This document shows positions 9,765-17,797 of a DNA stretch of 64,000 nucleotides, piece by piece. This DNA is from an uncultured delta proteobacterium (GTDB taxonomy: Bacteria; Desulfobacterota; Binatia; UBA9968), in contig CAVSHR010000003.1 in the NCBI GenBank assembly GCA_963727625.1, positions 64,001 through 128,000 of the forward strand, in the 5' to 3' direction. Below the pieces are notes generated by a model that was given only the letters and a program-made list of their open reading frames with translations, did no database searches and was not told where the DNA came from. Positions within the stretch are counted from its first letter, which is position 1. The number at the start of each line of letters is the position of its first letter. The translations under genes were made by a program, and so were the position numbers.

Positions 9765-9938
9765 ATCGTAAAAAAGGGGATGCGCTCCGGCGCCATGGCC
9801 ATTATGCTTGTGGCGCTCGAGAATGAATGGGATCCGCAAACGGCTTTGCATAAGGCCAGAGAGCCTGGGTTTGGCTGGAATCAGAATCCGCAACTGAAGA
9901 AATATTTTAAGTCTTACATTGCCCGGCACGATTCTTGA
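9765..9938 (+). pseudogene. C-terminal remnant of a Cys-dependent phosphatase/sulfur-transferase (HCxxGxRS family)
   Basis: ctc gtg cat cgt aaa aaa ggg (extra g) atg cgc tcc ggc gcc = LVH[R]KKG/MRSGAM; catalytic Cys replaced and frameshifted; no N-terminus. Confidence 0.5.
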
Positions 9939-9963
9939 GCTAAAGAAACTGCGTTCCTTCGAC

Positions 9964-10980
9964 CTAGATTTGATATAGGGCTTTGGCGTTGTCGTACAAG
10001 ATTTTGTCGATGATCCCCGCCTTGACCTCACCCTTGAGCCTGAGCTTTCGCAGCGCTTCGATCTCGCTCGAGGTGTCGGCATGGCCATAGTCCGAACCAA
10101 TGACTAGATGATCCTCACCCGCATATTTAAGGATGTACGGTAGGTCGTCGTCGGTTTGGCAGGCGACATAAATCCGGTTGTCGCGTAACAACGACGCGCC
10201 CGCGTGCTGGTTGGTTCTTTCTAATCGTTTTGCCAGTTCCACGGCGAGATAAGGAATCCATTGCGCTCTCACCTCGATGAAACCAAATCGCAGCTGAGGA
10301 AATTTTTTGGGAACGCCGTCATGCACGATCGAGTGAAACGCAGACAGCACGGGTAATTTGAACCGAGAAAACCCGCCTTCACCTTGAAACAATTCCACCC
10401 AATCGAAATTGCCGGTCGAAGCGTGAACGCAAATAGGCAAGCCGAGCCTTTCAGCTTGCTCATAAAGCGGGAAAAAATACGGGTCGCTCAAACGCTTATC
10501 GTCGACAATACCGCGGGTAAACAGCCCGCAGGCGCCGTTCGCCTTTGCGAATTTCGCCTCGGCGATGGCTTGGTCCAGGCTCATCAGGGGCACCACGGCG
10601 ACCCATCGAAGGCGGCCTTCTGCTTTGCTGCAGATATCCGTGAGCCAGCGGTTGTAGCTCCTGCAGATGGCCGTTTCGACTTCAGGGCGCTTGGTTAACG
10701 GCCGGAGAAAGAGGGATGGGTAAAGAACTTGAACATCGATATCGAGTTCATCCATGTGTTTCAGGCGAAGTTCAATGTCTTGCATCTCGCGCGAAGCCGC
10801 GGGGATGTCCTTGTTAACGTTGACCCCTCGACTGAACACCCTTCCATCAACTAACCAGAATTCTCGCCCTCCTTGGCCCGGAGACATTCGAAGCGGGCGG
10901 AGCTCGGCCTCTCCCGGCTCCATGTATTCCCAGGTGCGTTCGGTTTCGATGACGTGGGCGTCTGCATCGATCGTAGCCAT
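9964..10980 (-). CDS. Amidohydrolase family protein (amidohydro_2)
   Basis: IDADAHV, QVLYPS, SYNRWL, GSDYGHAD, NAKALY. Confidence 0.9.
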   Translation of the reverse strand: MATIDADAHVIETERTWEYMEPGEAELRPLRMSPGQGGREFWLVDGRVFSRGVNVNKDIPAASREMQDIELRLKHMDELDIDVQVLYPSLFLRPLTKRPEVETAICRSYNRWLTDICSKAEGRLRWVAVVPLMSLDQAIAEAKFAKANGACGLFTRGIVDDKRLSDPYFFPLYEQAERLGLPICVHASTGNFDWVELFQGEGGFSRFKLPVLSAFHSIVHDGVPKKFPQLRFGFIEVRAQWIPYLAVELAKRLERTNQHAGASLLRDNRIYVACQTDDDLPYILKYAGEDHLVIGSDYGHADTSSEIEALRKLRLKGEVKAGIIDKILYDNAKALYQI

Positions 10981-11010
10981 AATCCGTTTTTTCTCCTTGA
11001 ATGGCGCAAT

Positions 11011-11976
11011 CTAAGGCGTCTCCAAATAAACGATCTCGGGTTCGTGAACCGCTTTGAAACTTTTTGGCTTGTCCAAAACAGCCTGGCTCAAGTCCCGGCC
11101 TGATAGCAGTTCATACAGCAGTCCGATAGCCTGTGGACTGTTCTTGCGTGCCAGGCCGTGGGCCCGACCCATCTCCTGGATTTGGCTTGCCAGGCCAATC
11201 AGGGGTAACGGAACATTTAACTGGTTGGCGACCTTCAATGCCTGCCGAATATCCTTGTAGCTATTGCTCAGAGCGCCACCGTTATTATTGTTTCGCTGTA
11301 GGAATTCTTCCAAGCGCGTCGCCGATGCCTGTGATCCCGTGGTCTGGAGTAACTTGAGAAACAGCTCCGGGTTGATCCCTTGCGCCAAGAGCCAGGTGCA
11401 CACCTCGGCATTCAAAATGCTGCTCACGGTCGAAAACATGATGACCGCGATTTTTAGAGCCTTGGGCATCCACGGTTCCGGCAAACAAAGGACCTTCTGC
11501 GCGAGGCCCCGAAGCAACTCCGAGCACGCCTCCACCGTTTCTCTCTTGCCTCCGATCGCAATCGACAGCATTCCCTTGGGTATCGTTACGGCGGGTGCGC
11601 CATGGGCATGTAAGGTCCCACCAAGAAAGAACGCCTTTTTCTCGTTGACGTCGCGCTCGATGTCACGCGCGCAATCGGGATCCGTTCCGCTGAGGTCGAT
11701 ATACGTAAACCCCGGCGGCAAAGAGGAGCGAATGCCTTTATCGCCAAAGTAGGCCGCTCGGACCTCGACCGAAGACGGCAAAACGGTGAGTGTGATCGGT
11801 TTCGTGGCGTCGGCGGCTGAGTCCGCCGGAGCAGCGCCCAGTTCGACTAAAGTGGAAACGGCGGTTCGATTGAGATCATAGACAGTCAAGGAGTATCCCC
11901 GATCGAGGAGCCTTTCAGCCAGCGGCTTCCCCGCATTGCCCAGACCAATCAGGCCGATTTCGCTTTTTTTGTTCAT
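11011..11976 (-). CDS. NAD(P)-dependent oxidoreductase, 3-hydroxyisobutyrate/6PGDH family
   Basis: IGLIGLGNAG Rossmann motif, VYDLN, YIDLSG, KDIRQAL. Confidence 0.85.
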   Translation of the reverse strand: MNKKSEIGLIGLGNAGKPLAERLLDRGYSLTVYDLNRTAVSTLVELGAAPADSAADATKPITLTVLPSSVEVRAAYFGDKGIRSSLPPGFTYIDLSGTDPDCARDIERDVNEKKAFFLGGTLHAHGAPAVTIPKGMLSIAIGGKRETVEACSELLRGLAQKVLCLPEPWMPKALKIAVIMFSTVSSILNAEVCTWLLAQGINPELFLKLLQTTGSQASATRLEEFLQRNNNNGGALSNSYKDIRQALKVANQLNVPLPLIGLASQIQEMGRAHGLARKNSPQAIGLLYELLSGRDLSQAVLDKPKSFKAVHEPEIVYLETP

Positions 11977-13085
11977 TTTTTTGATCCCTCCAGCGCCTCG
12001 GTCACAATCTGTTGCATGGCTTTGATGGCTTTCCGGTTATTGTACTTGGACAGGCTCATGTGAAAATAGCGGACTCCTTCTTGGGGCACCCATTCTCGCG
12101 GTAGATCGTCCTTCGGTATATCCATACGGAGCGAATTGGTCTCCGTGTACTTCTGCCAGGCGATTTGTCCGTCGCGGGAAAGAACCCAGTTAATGAACAC
12201 TTTAGCTGCATTGGGGTGGGGCGCCTTGTTGAGATAAGCCATGCAACACGAGCCGCCTCCCATGATCTCGCCTTCCTTCATAGATTGGGAAATGAAAGCA
12301 ACCGGCAGGCCCTGTTCCTTCGCTTTTAAAATGGGCTGGGCACCGCCAATGTAAAGTTGGTATTTCCCGTCCGCCAACCAGTCCGTACCCTGGCGCAGAT
12401 CTCTTGTCAGTGTAACGTTCATATCTCTAAAGAGCCGCCGCAAAAATTCAGGGCCCAAATCCGGCGAGTGATAAAAAAACAAAAATATTGGAGCGCCTCC
12501 TCCGGTGGCTCGAGGATCGAAAACCACGAGCTTGCCTTTCCACTTAGGGTTTAGAAGATCGCGCCATGATCGAAATTCCTCGGGATTAACGAGTCTGGTG
12601 TTGTACGCAATTCGGTTAATTCCAACTTGCCCTGATATATTAATCACGTAGCGATTTTCAGGATCAGAAAAGGATAACTGCCCGCCCCACCATGCCGACT
12701 TTTCGGTAACTTCAGGCAGGATTAGAAGCGGGCGGATGGGATCAGCGACCCCTGCGGGATAAGACGCATACGTGCTCGCACCGCCCATAACGATATCCGT
12801 GACAAATTTTCCGGCTCGTCGTTCTCCCAGAATGCGTTTGGCATGGTTCGATCCTCGTCCGGGAAGAAAATTGAATTTGATCTCTGGAAACGATTTGCTA
12901 AACGCCTCCCATACGTGCTGGTACACGGGATTATGCGGCCCATAAACGGAGAGATTTCCTTCGTTTTTGGCGGCCTCAACGGTTGTTTCCCATTCTTTTG
13001 TTTTGCTAGTTTGACCGAATGCCGTACCAACGGCTGCGCCAATAAGTATAAAAAGTATCGGCACGTAACATTTGATATTTTTCAT
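11973..13085 (-). CDS. Extracellular solute-binding protein (Fe3+/polyamine ABC SBP-like)
   Basis: Signal peptide, AAKNEG, YNTRLV, DLLNPKWKGK, APHPNAAKVFINW; AGGAG before ATG 13085. Confidence 0.85.
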   Translation of the reverse strand: MKNIKCYVPILFILIGAAVGTAFGQTSKTKEWETTVEAAKNEGNLSVYGPHNPVYQHVWEAFSKSFPEIKFNFLPGRGSNHAKRILGERRAGKFVTDIVMGGASTYASYPAGVADPIRPLLILPEVTEKSAWWGGQLSFSDPENRYVINISGQVGINRIAYNTRLVNPEEFRSWRDLLNPKWKGKLVVFDPRATGGGAPIFLFFYHSPDLGPEFLRRLFRDMNVTLTRDLRQGTDWLADGKYQLYIGGAQPILKAKEQGLPVAFISQSMKEGEIMGGGSCCMAYLNKAPHPNAAKVFINWVLSRDGQIAWQKYTETNSLRMDIPKDDLPREWVPQEGVRYFHMSLSKYNNRKAIKAMQQIVTEALEGSKK

Positions 13086-13418
13086 ATGATCTCCTGCGCT
13101 TTTTCGGTGAGGGCCTTCGGGTTCCAGCTCGCAGTTATAGCAAGCGGACGTCAGTTTTGGCAATGATTGCGACCCGTGAGCTGCGTCAGAGTCATGTCGA
13201 GAAAAGCGTGAATGTAGGTGGGTTTATGAGGCGTGTCTTGCGGTACAATGCCGGCCCGCGTCATCCTACCGAGCATTTGAAATTAAGCTTCGCGTAAGCC
13301 GCCACTATGCGGAAAGGCGCGACAGCAGGACGACAGTGACAGATTTGCGTTTGTTGCGTACGCTGTTCGTGCTCGTAATATTCGCACTCATCGCAAGTCT
13401 GACATTTAGCCTTTTACC

Positions 13419-13648
13419 TGAAGACACCGCCGTGGTTGTTGGGCGCGTGGCTGCTGCACATCGTCTGCGATATCCCGACACACGCGGCGAGCTATTTTCC
13501 AACGCCTTTCCTCTGGCCGTTTCCGACCCCGTTCGTCAACGGCATTCCATGGTCCACGCCGTGGTTCATGGCGGCCAATTACCCGGCGCTGATCGTTGTT
13601 TATTGCTGGCTGATTTTTTTCCGCGGCAAAACTAAAGCACGTACCTGA
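13419..13648 (+). pseudogene. Second, diverged copy of the 3' half of the 8819-9319 hydrolase gene
   Basis: Translates PPWLLGAWLLHIVCDIPTHAASYFPTPFLWPFPTPFVNGIPWSTPWFMAANY; 46 bp identical to 9189-9234. Confidence 0.9.
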
Positions 13649-13661
13649 GAAGCTTTGCCGC

Positions 13662-13742
13662 GCCCGGAAAGATTCTAAGCTCGTGATTGGAAGACCGCCC
13701 TTCGGTAACCCTCAGCATCGTTCAAATCCAAATTCGAAAGCC
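13662..13742 (+). repeat. 3' tip of the HNH gene plus downstream 19-bp repeat
   Basis: gcccggaaagattctaagctcgtgattg matches 17468-17495; gcatcgttcaaatccaaat (13715-13733) identical to 16126-16144. Confidence 0.75.
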
Positions 13743-13808
13743 GCGCGTCAAAGCCCGACTCTCGAATTCCCCGACCCGGCCACGGCGGCTGGCGACGACG
13801 GGGAGGCG

Positions 13809-14024
13809 TCACGTATTTGCGGGAGTTTCCGCGGCTCCGATGCGCTGGATATATTCGTCGATCTGACTCTGCAATTGCCGCAGTTGCTCGAGAGGACCTT
13901 CGGCGAACAGGGCGAAATTCCGGGTATCACGCGTCAAGATTTCGTTGCGGTAGGATTCAAGAAGGCGCTGCATCCGCCCCATCTGTTCGATCGCCTGATA
14001 GAGTTGTTCCACCGTCTCGATCAT
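13809..14024 (-). CDS. Small coiled-coil hypothetical protein coupled to a nucleotidyltransferase (putative TA partner)
   Basis: ATGA overlap with the upstream nucleotidyltransferase remnant; helical 71 aa. Confidence 0.7.
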   Translation of the reverse strand: MIETVEQLYQAIEQMGRMQRLLESYRNEILTRDTRNFALFAEGPLEQLRQLQSQIDEYIQRIGAAETPANT

Positions 14025-14300
14025 AATGCGATCCTCAAAAGGCCCTTTTTCCTGCCGGGTCGCTGTTTGACCTGCTGAAAGAAGTCGACCATGTGATCAA
14101 AATTTTCGCTCCCATTCTTCACCACGACTATATCAAATCCAAACCGCCTGCGCATTCTGCGCTGTGAGAGCAAATTGTAAGCGGCCGGCGACAGGTCCGT
14201 TGAAAGATCGAAGTTTGACGCTGCGACAAGCACGGGGTCTATGTCGTTTGGCTCCGGCGTCCCGGTTAAAAAAACTCCCGTCCACCAGCACGGCCTCACG
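14021..14300 (-). pseudogene. 5'-truncated, frameshifted nucleotidyltransferase (DUF6932-like)
   Basis: EAVLVDGSF / LTGTPEPNDID (GS...DxD) is restored by removing one T from a T7 run at ~14268-14274; ends KKGLLRIAL. Confidence 0.7.
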
Positions 14301-14379
14301 ATGGCGCCACACACATGAGCTGAATATTTGACAAAACTTCCCGCAGCCCTTAAGCTACGGATACCTACGGAGGAATATC

Positions 14380-14640
14380 ATGCTCTCCAAGCGTGTCGAA
14401 ATTTTATTGGATCCGGCAGAGATGGAAGCGTTGCGCCGGCAGGCGAAGAAGACCAAGAAATCCGTCGGCGCCTTGATTCGCGAAGCGGTCAAAGAAAAGT
14501 TTTTGACTCCCACTCCAAAGGAACGGAAAGAAGCGTTGAAGCGTCTGTTCTCATCGCAGCGCTCGGTCAGCTTTCCGTCCTGGAACAAGATCAAAAGGGA
14601 ACTGGACGATAGCATGAGGAGAGGGAGTGAGACTCGTTGA
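14380..14640 (+). CDS. CopG/RHH-family antitoxin
   Basis: KRVEILLD...SVGALIREAV ribbon-helix-helix pattern; GGAGG RBS; overlaps the PIN gene. Confidence 0.8.
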   Translation: MLSKRVEILLDPAEMEALRRQAKKTKKSVGALIREAVKEKFLTPTPKERKEALKRLFSSQRSVSFPSWNKIKRELDDSMRRGSETR

Positions 14641-15025
14641 CACCAATGTCCTCATTTACGCCGTCGGAAGGACTCATTCCTTGCAAGGTGACGCGCGAAG
14701 AGTACTCGATCGGATTGCCGAGGGCGCATTGCATGCCAACGTTGACGCCGAGGTGTTGCAGGAAATTCTTCACGTCTACGACGCGCGCAAGGAAAGAACC
14801 AAAGGATTCGCCACCCTTGAAGATCTTCTGGTGATTTTTCCAAACCCGATTGCGATCGCAAGGGAAGAAATCGAAAGAGCGCGCGACCTGATGCGCGCGC
14901 ACTCTTTCCTCGGCGCTCGCGATGCGATCCACGCAGCCGTCGTCCAGACCCACGACCTCGAAGGAATCGTCAGCGCCGATAAAGTCTTTGACCGAATAAA
15001 AGGTGTGAAAAGGTTCGCCCTCTAG
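14627..15025 (+). CDS. vapC: PIN-domain toxin (VapC family)
   Basis: LVDTNVLIYA, EVLQEILH, RDAIHAA, VSADKVFD. Confidence 0.9.
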   Translation: MRLVDTNVLIYAVGRTHSLQGDARRVLDRIAEGALHANVDAEVLQEILHVYDARKERTKGFATLEDLLVIFPNPIAIAREEIERARDLMRAHSFLGARDAIHAAVVQTHDLEGIVSADKVFDRIKGVKRFAL

Positions 15026-15062
15026 GGCTCTCCACAAGCGTCGATTCCGTCCGTTCCTCGAC

Positions 15063-15080
15063 CTGACGGATTATCACTAA
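15063..15080 (+). pseudogene. Extreme C-terminal remnant of a HigB toxin (LTDYH*)
   Basis: ctg acg gat tat cac taa ends 13 bp before higA; HigB toxins typically end in DYH. Confidence 0.55.
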
Positions 15081-15093
15081 CGCGAGGGATTTT

Positions 15094-15408
15094 ATGAGCG
15101 TTGCTAATAAGCGAGCACGAAAAATTCGACCTGTTCATCCCGGTGAAATTCTGCGCGAGGATTTTCTTCCGGATTACGGACTGACGATCTCGAGTTTCGC
15201 CCGGGCCCTCGGGGTTTCCCGTCAGACGGTGAACGAGCTGCTGCGCGAACGGCGCTCGCTCAGCCCGGAAATGGCGCTGCGCCTCTCTCGTTTGTTCGGC
15301 AACAGCGCCGAATTCTGGCTCAATGCCCAGCGCGCCGTCGATCTGTGGGAGGCTGAAAAAAGCGTCAAGGACGACCTCAAGCAGATTTCCCCGTTAAATG
15401 CCGCCTAG
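15094..15408 (+). CDS. higA: HigA-family antitoxin (HTH)
   Basis: PVHPGEILREDFL, LGVSRQTVNELL, SPEMALRLSRLFG, FWLNAQ. Confidence 0.95.
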   Translation: MSVANKRARKIRPVHPGEILREDFLPDYGLTISSFARALGVSRQTVNELLRERRSLSPEMALRLSRLFGNSAEFWLNAQRAVDLWEAEKSVKDDLKQISPLNAA

Positions 15409-15411
15409 CGG

Positions 15412-15517
15412 CTCGCGGCGAAAGTCGTCCAAGGGGGGTGTGGTTCACGTCGTGGCCGTGCCGCGCCAGTACCGCGCAGAGACCTGGCGGCAGGTGCGCG
15501 TCCACGAGAAACTTCAT
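15412..15517 (-). pseudogene. 3'-truncated DUF5615/Mut7-C-like PIN toxin
   Basis: MKFLVDAHLPPGLCAVLARHGHDVNHT then loses similarity; ATGA overlap with the DUF433 gene. Confidence 0.75.
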
Positions 15518-15752
15518 GCGAGCGGCAAGTGGATCGTTCTGGCGGCTAACATCCGGCGCGCGAATTCATGGCATGCGAGAATATCTTCGCGCTCGAGATC
15601 CGGAAACTGTCTGAGGAGATCTTCGATCGTATCGCCGCCGGCGAGATATTCGAGGATCGTCTCTACCGGATAGCGCAGCCCCCGAAGGCACGGCTTGCCG
15701 TGGCATATTTCGGGTCCACGGTGATCCGGGAAAGCAACTTGTCACTGGACAT
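15514..15752 (-). pseudogene. DUF433 antitoxin with a single-base frameshift
   Basis: MSSDKLLSRITVDPK / CHGKPCLRGLRYPVETILEYLAGGDTIEDLLRQFPDLEREDILAC; one A missing near 15707. Confidence 0.85.
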
Positions 15753-15788
15753 AGGCGAATTCTACACCGACGGCCGCAGGTTGCAACC

Positions 15789-16102
15789 CGATAGGGGACC
15801 ATTCCCGTCGCTCTGGAGGCGGCCCCTATCCAGCGGCACCAGGCCGGCGGCCCGGATGAAGAATTCAATGGGCGCGCGCTCTACGCATTCTGCCGCAAGC
15901 TCATGGACCACGGCGTCTTCACGCTTTTCGACAAGCTGCACATCATCGTTTCGGCAAGCGCCGATGGGTCCGGAGGACTCCGGAAATGGGCGATCGCCTC
16001 TCACGCGCGGCGCTCCGCCCGCCCCAGAGTCCGAACTATTACCCCGGCAAATCGGTCGTCGAATGGCTCCAGGGCCCGGAACGATGCCAAGGTCCGGCTT
16101 GA
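15789..16102 (+). pseudogene. Decayed C-terminal part of an HNH restriction-endonuclease-like gene (copy A)
   Basis: VALEAA[P]IQ[R]HQAGGPDEEFNG[R]AL...KLMDHGVFTL...LRPPQSPNYYP...VEW...QGPER; HNH/Zn residues mutated, one frameshift. Confidence 0.75.
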
Positions 16103-16176
16103 CCGGACGCGACCCCGAAATCCGCGCATCGTTCAAATCCAAATCGGAAAGCCCGAGTTTTTGACTTTTCGCAATT

Positions 16177-16587
16177 CTATCGGGGTATGCGAACGAACCC
16201 GCCATATTCGTCGAAGTGATGATCAAACGCGAAGGCGTGGTCGATACCGAGTCTTTCCATGACGCTGAAACTCGTGCAATCGACGAAGCTGAACAAATGA
16301 TCTGAATAGTTCCGAAAGACTTGCAACGCCTTCTGCAAATCAGCGGGCGTAATATTTTGCAGGACGGCGGACTGTTGTCTCAGGATGGATGAAGCGACTC
16401 GCACGGCCAGCCGATGGCCGCGTGCGGTTCTGTCCCGCATTCGTATGAGGGTCGCAGTTTCCGCCAATACATAATCCGTGGTGATCAACGGCTCGCGGTT
16501 TCGGCGGAGCCATCTCATAGCCGCTTCATGGTCTGGGTCATTGGCTACGGCGACGGCAAACCATGCGCCCGTGTCGACAAAGATCAC
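16177..16587 (-). CDS. vapC: PIN-domain toxin (VapC family)
   Basis: IFVDTGAW, TTDYVLAET, SFVDCTSFSVM, FAFDHHF. Confidence 0.92.
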   Translation of the reverse strand: MIFVDTGAWFAVAVANDPDHEAAMRWLRRNREPLITTDYVLAETATLIRMRDRTARGHRLAVRVASSILRQQSAVLQNITPADLQKALQVFRNYSDHLFSFVDCTSFSVMERLGIDHAFAFDHHFDEYGGFVRIPR

Positions 16588-16826
16588 GATTCATTCCTGT
16601 AAAGGATGATGTCGTGTTCTCGTCCCGAGAACCCATCTTTCAGCCTCGTCCCAGCCCATCTCGCAATGGCGGAGATCTGTCTTTTTGCCAAAAGCCCGTC
16701 GTTACGGCCGACCGCGTGGCGCCTGCCATTCCGTTTTTTCAGAGAATCGATAAACTCCTGGACGTCTTTCAAGGACTCCTCGGACAGTCCTTCCAACGCC
16801 CGCAAGATCTCCGGTTTGCCGGCCAT
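16584..16826 (-). CDS. Antitoxin partner of the PIN toxin (DUF2281-like)
   Basis: GAGGAGG RBS; LSEESLKDVQEFIDSL; ends GREHDIILY; ATGA overlap with vapC. Confidence 0.75.
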   Translation of the reverse strand: MAGKPEILRALEGLSEESLKDVQEFIDSLKKRNGRRHAVGRNDGLLAKRQISAIARWAGTRLKDGFSGREHDIILYRNES

Positions 16827-17020
16827 GGGCGCCTCCTCGATTTTCAACGTTTTTTTTGCGGCTGACTCCCAAAACGAAATATAACAGGAACCGTGGATTG
16901 ACCACAATCGTTGAGTCGGGCTGACAAATAATCTTCCCTGGCGTGGCTCTTCACCCTGGAACTTTCCATGGAGTGGCTCATGAGCTTACGCTCGCCCACA
17001 GAGAATGAAAAAGCCAGCGG

Positions 17021-17087
17021 GAAAGATTCCCTCGCGTCCACTCGGAATGACAAGGCCTGTCATCTCGAACGAAGTGAGAGATCTTTC
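17021..17087. repeat. REP/MITE-like imperfect palindrome
   Basis: GAAAGATTCCCTCGCGTCCACTCGGAATGACA-AGGCC-TGTCATCTCGAACGAAGTGAGAGATCTTTC. Confidence 0.7.
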
Positions 17088-17235
17088 TCCAGTCCTATTT
17101 TTCGAAGGAGGGTTCTTCCAGGAGACTGGCAGCTCGAGAATTGATCCCTCTGCACCCAGGTTTGGGTCGAATGCGGGTTCCCGGCGCCCGCAAAGTCCAG
17201 ACTCTTGCCTGATCGCAGACCCTGCTTCCGCGCAC

Positions 17236-17496
17236 GAAGAATTCAATGGGCGTGCGCTCTACACATTGCGCCGCAAGCTCTTCGACCACGGCGTCTTCAC
17301 GCTATCCGACAAGCTGAACATCATCGCTTAGGAACGCGCCGACAGGATCTGAGGACTCCGGGAATGGGCGATCGCCTCTCACGGCGCGGCACTCCGCCCG
17401 CCGCAAAGCCGATGCAATTGTCCCGGCAAATGGATCGTGGAATAGCACGTCAAAGAAGCGTACCAGGGCCCGAAAAGATACAAAGCTCGTGATTGA
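17236..17496 (+). pseudogene. Decayed C-terminal part of the HNH endonuclease-like gene (copy B)
   Basis: EEFNGRALYTLRRKLFDHGVFTLSDKLNII*...LRPPQS...E*HVKEAYQGPKRY; clearly homologous to 15858-16085; in-frame stops. Confidence 0.8.
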
Positions 17497-17643
17497 CGGC
17501 GCTCGCTCCGGGACGCGATGTGCGATCGGGCGTTTTTATTCGCGGTATGCGCCGAACCACCGGCTTCCATTCCGTGGCTACCAGCGCGGCGACCGAAATT
17601 CAGAAGACCCCCTTTCTCACCCCGACGCAAATCCATCCGGCGC

Positions 17644-17770
17644 CCCCACGCCTTTTTTTTGGCCGTTTCCGACCCCCTTCGTCAACGGCATTCCATGGTC
17701 CACGCCGTGGTTCATGGCGGGAAATTATACAGCGCTGTTTGTAGTTTACTGCTAGCTGGTTTTTTGTTTC
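17644..17770 (+). pseudogene. Third copy of the hydrolase gene 3' tip
   Basis: PTPFFWPFPTPFVNGIPWSTPWFMAGNYTALFVVYC*LVF; W codon changed to TAG. Confidence 0.9.
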
Positions 17771-17797
17771 CTACAGAAAAGTCACTTAAAAAACGAA

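Noticed and set aside
13336-13635. 99 aa ORF as an intact membrane protein
   Set aside because: It is a chimera of a short hydrophobic fragment and an out-of-frame read of the hydrolase repeat.
9098-17770. Diversity-generating retroelement (TR/VR pair) as an explanation for the repeated gene ends
   Set aside because: Differences are not adenine-specific but mostly third-position changes, and no reverse transcriptase is present.
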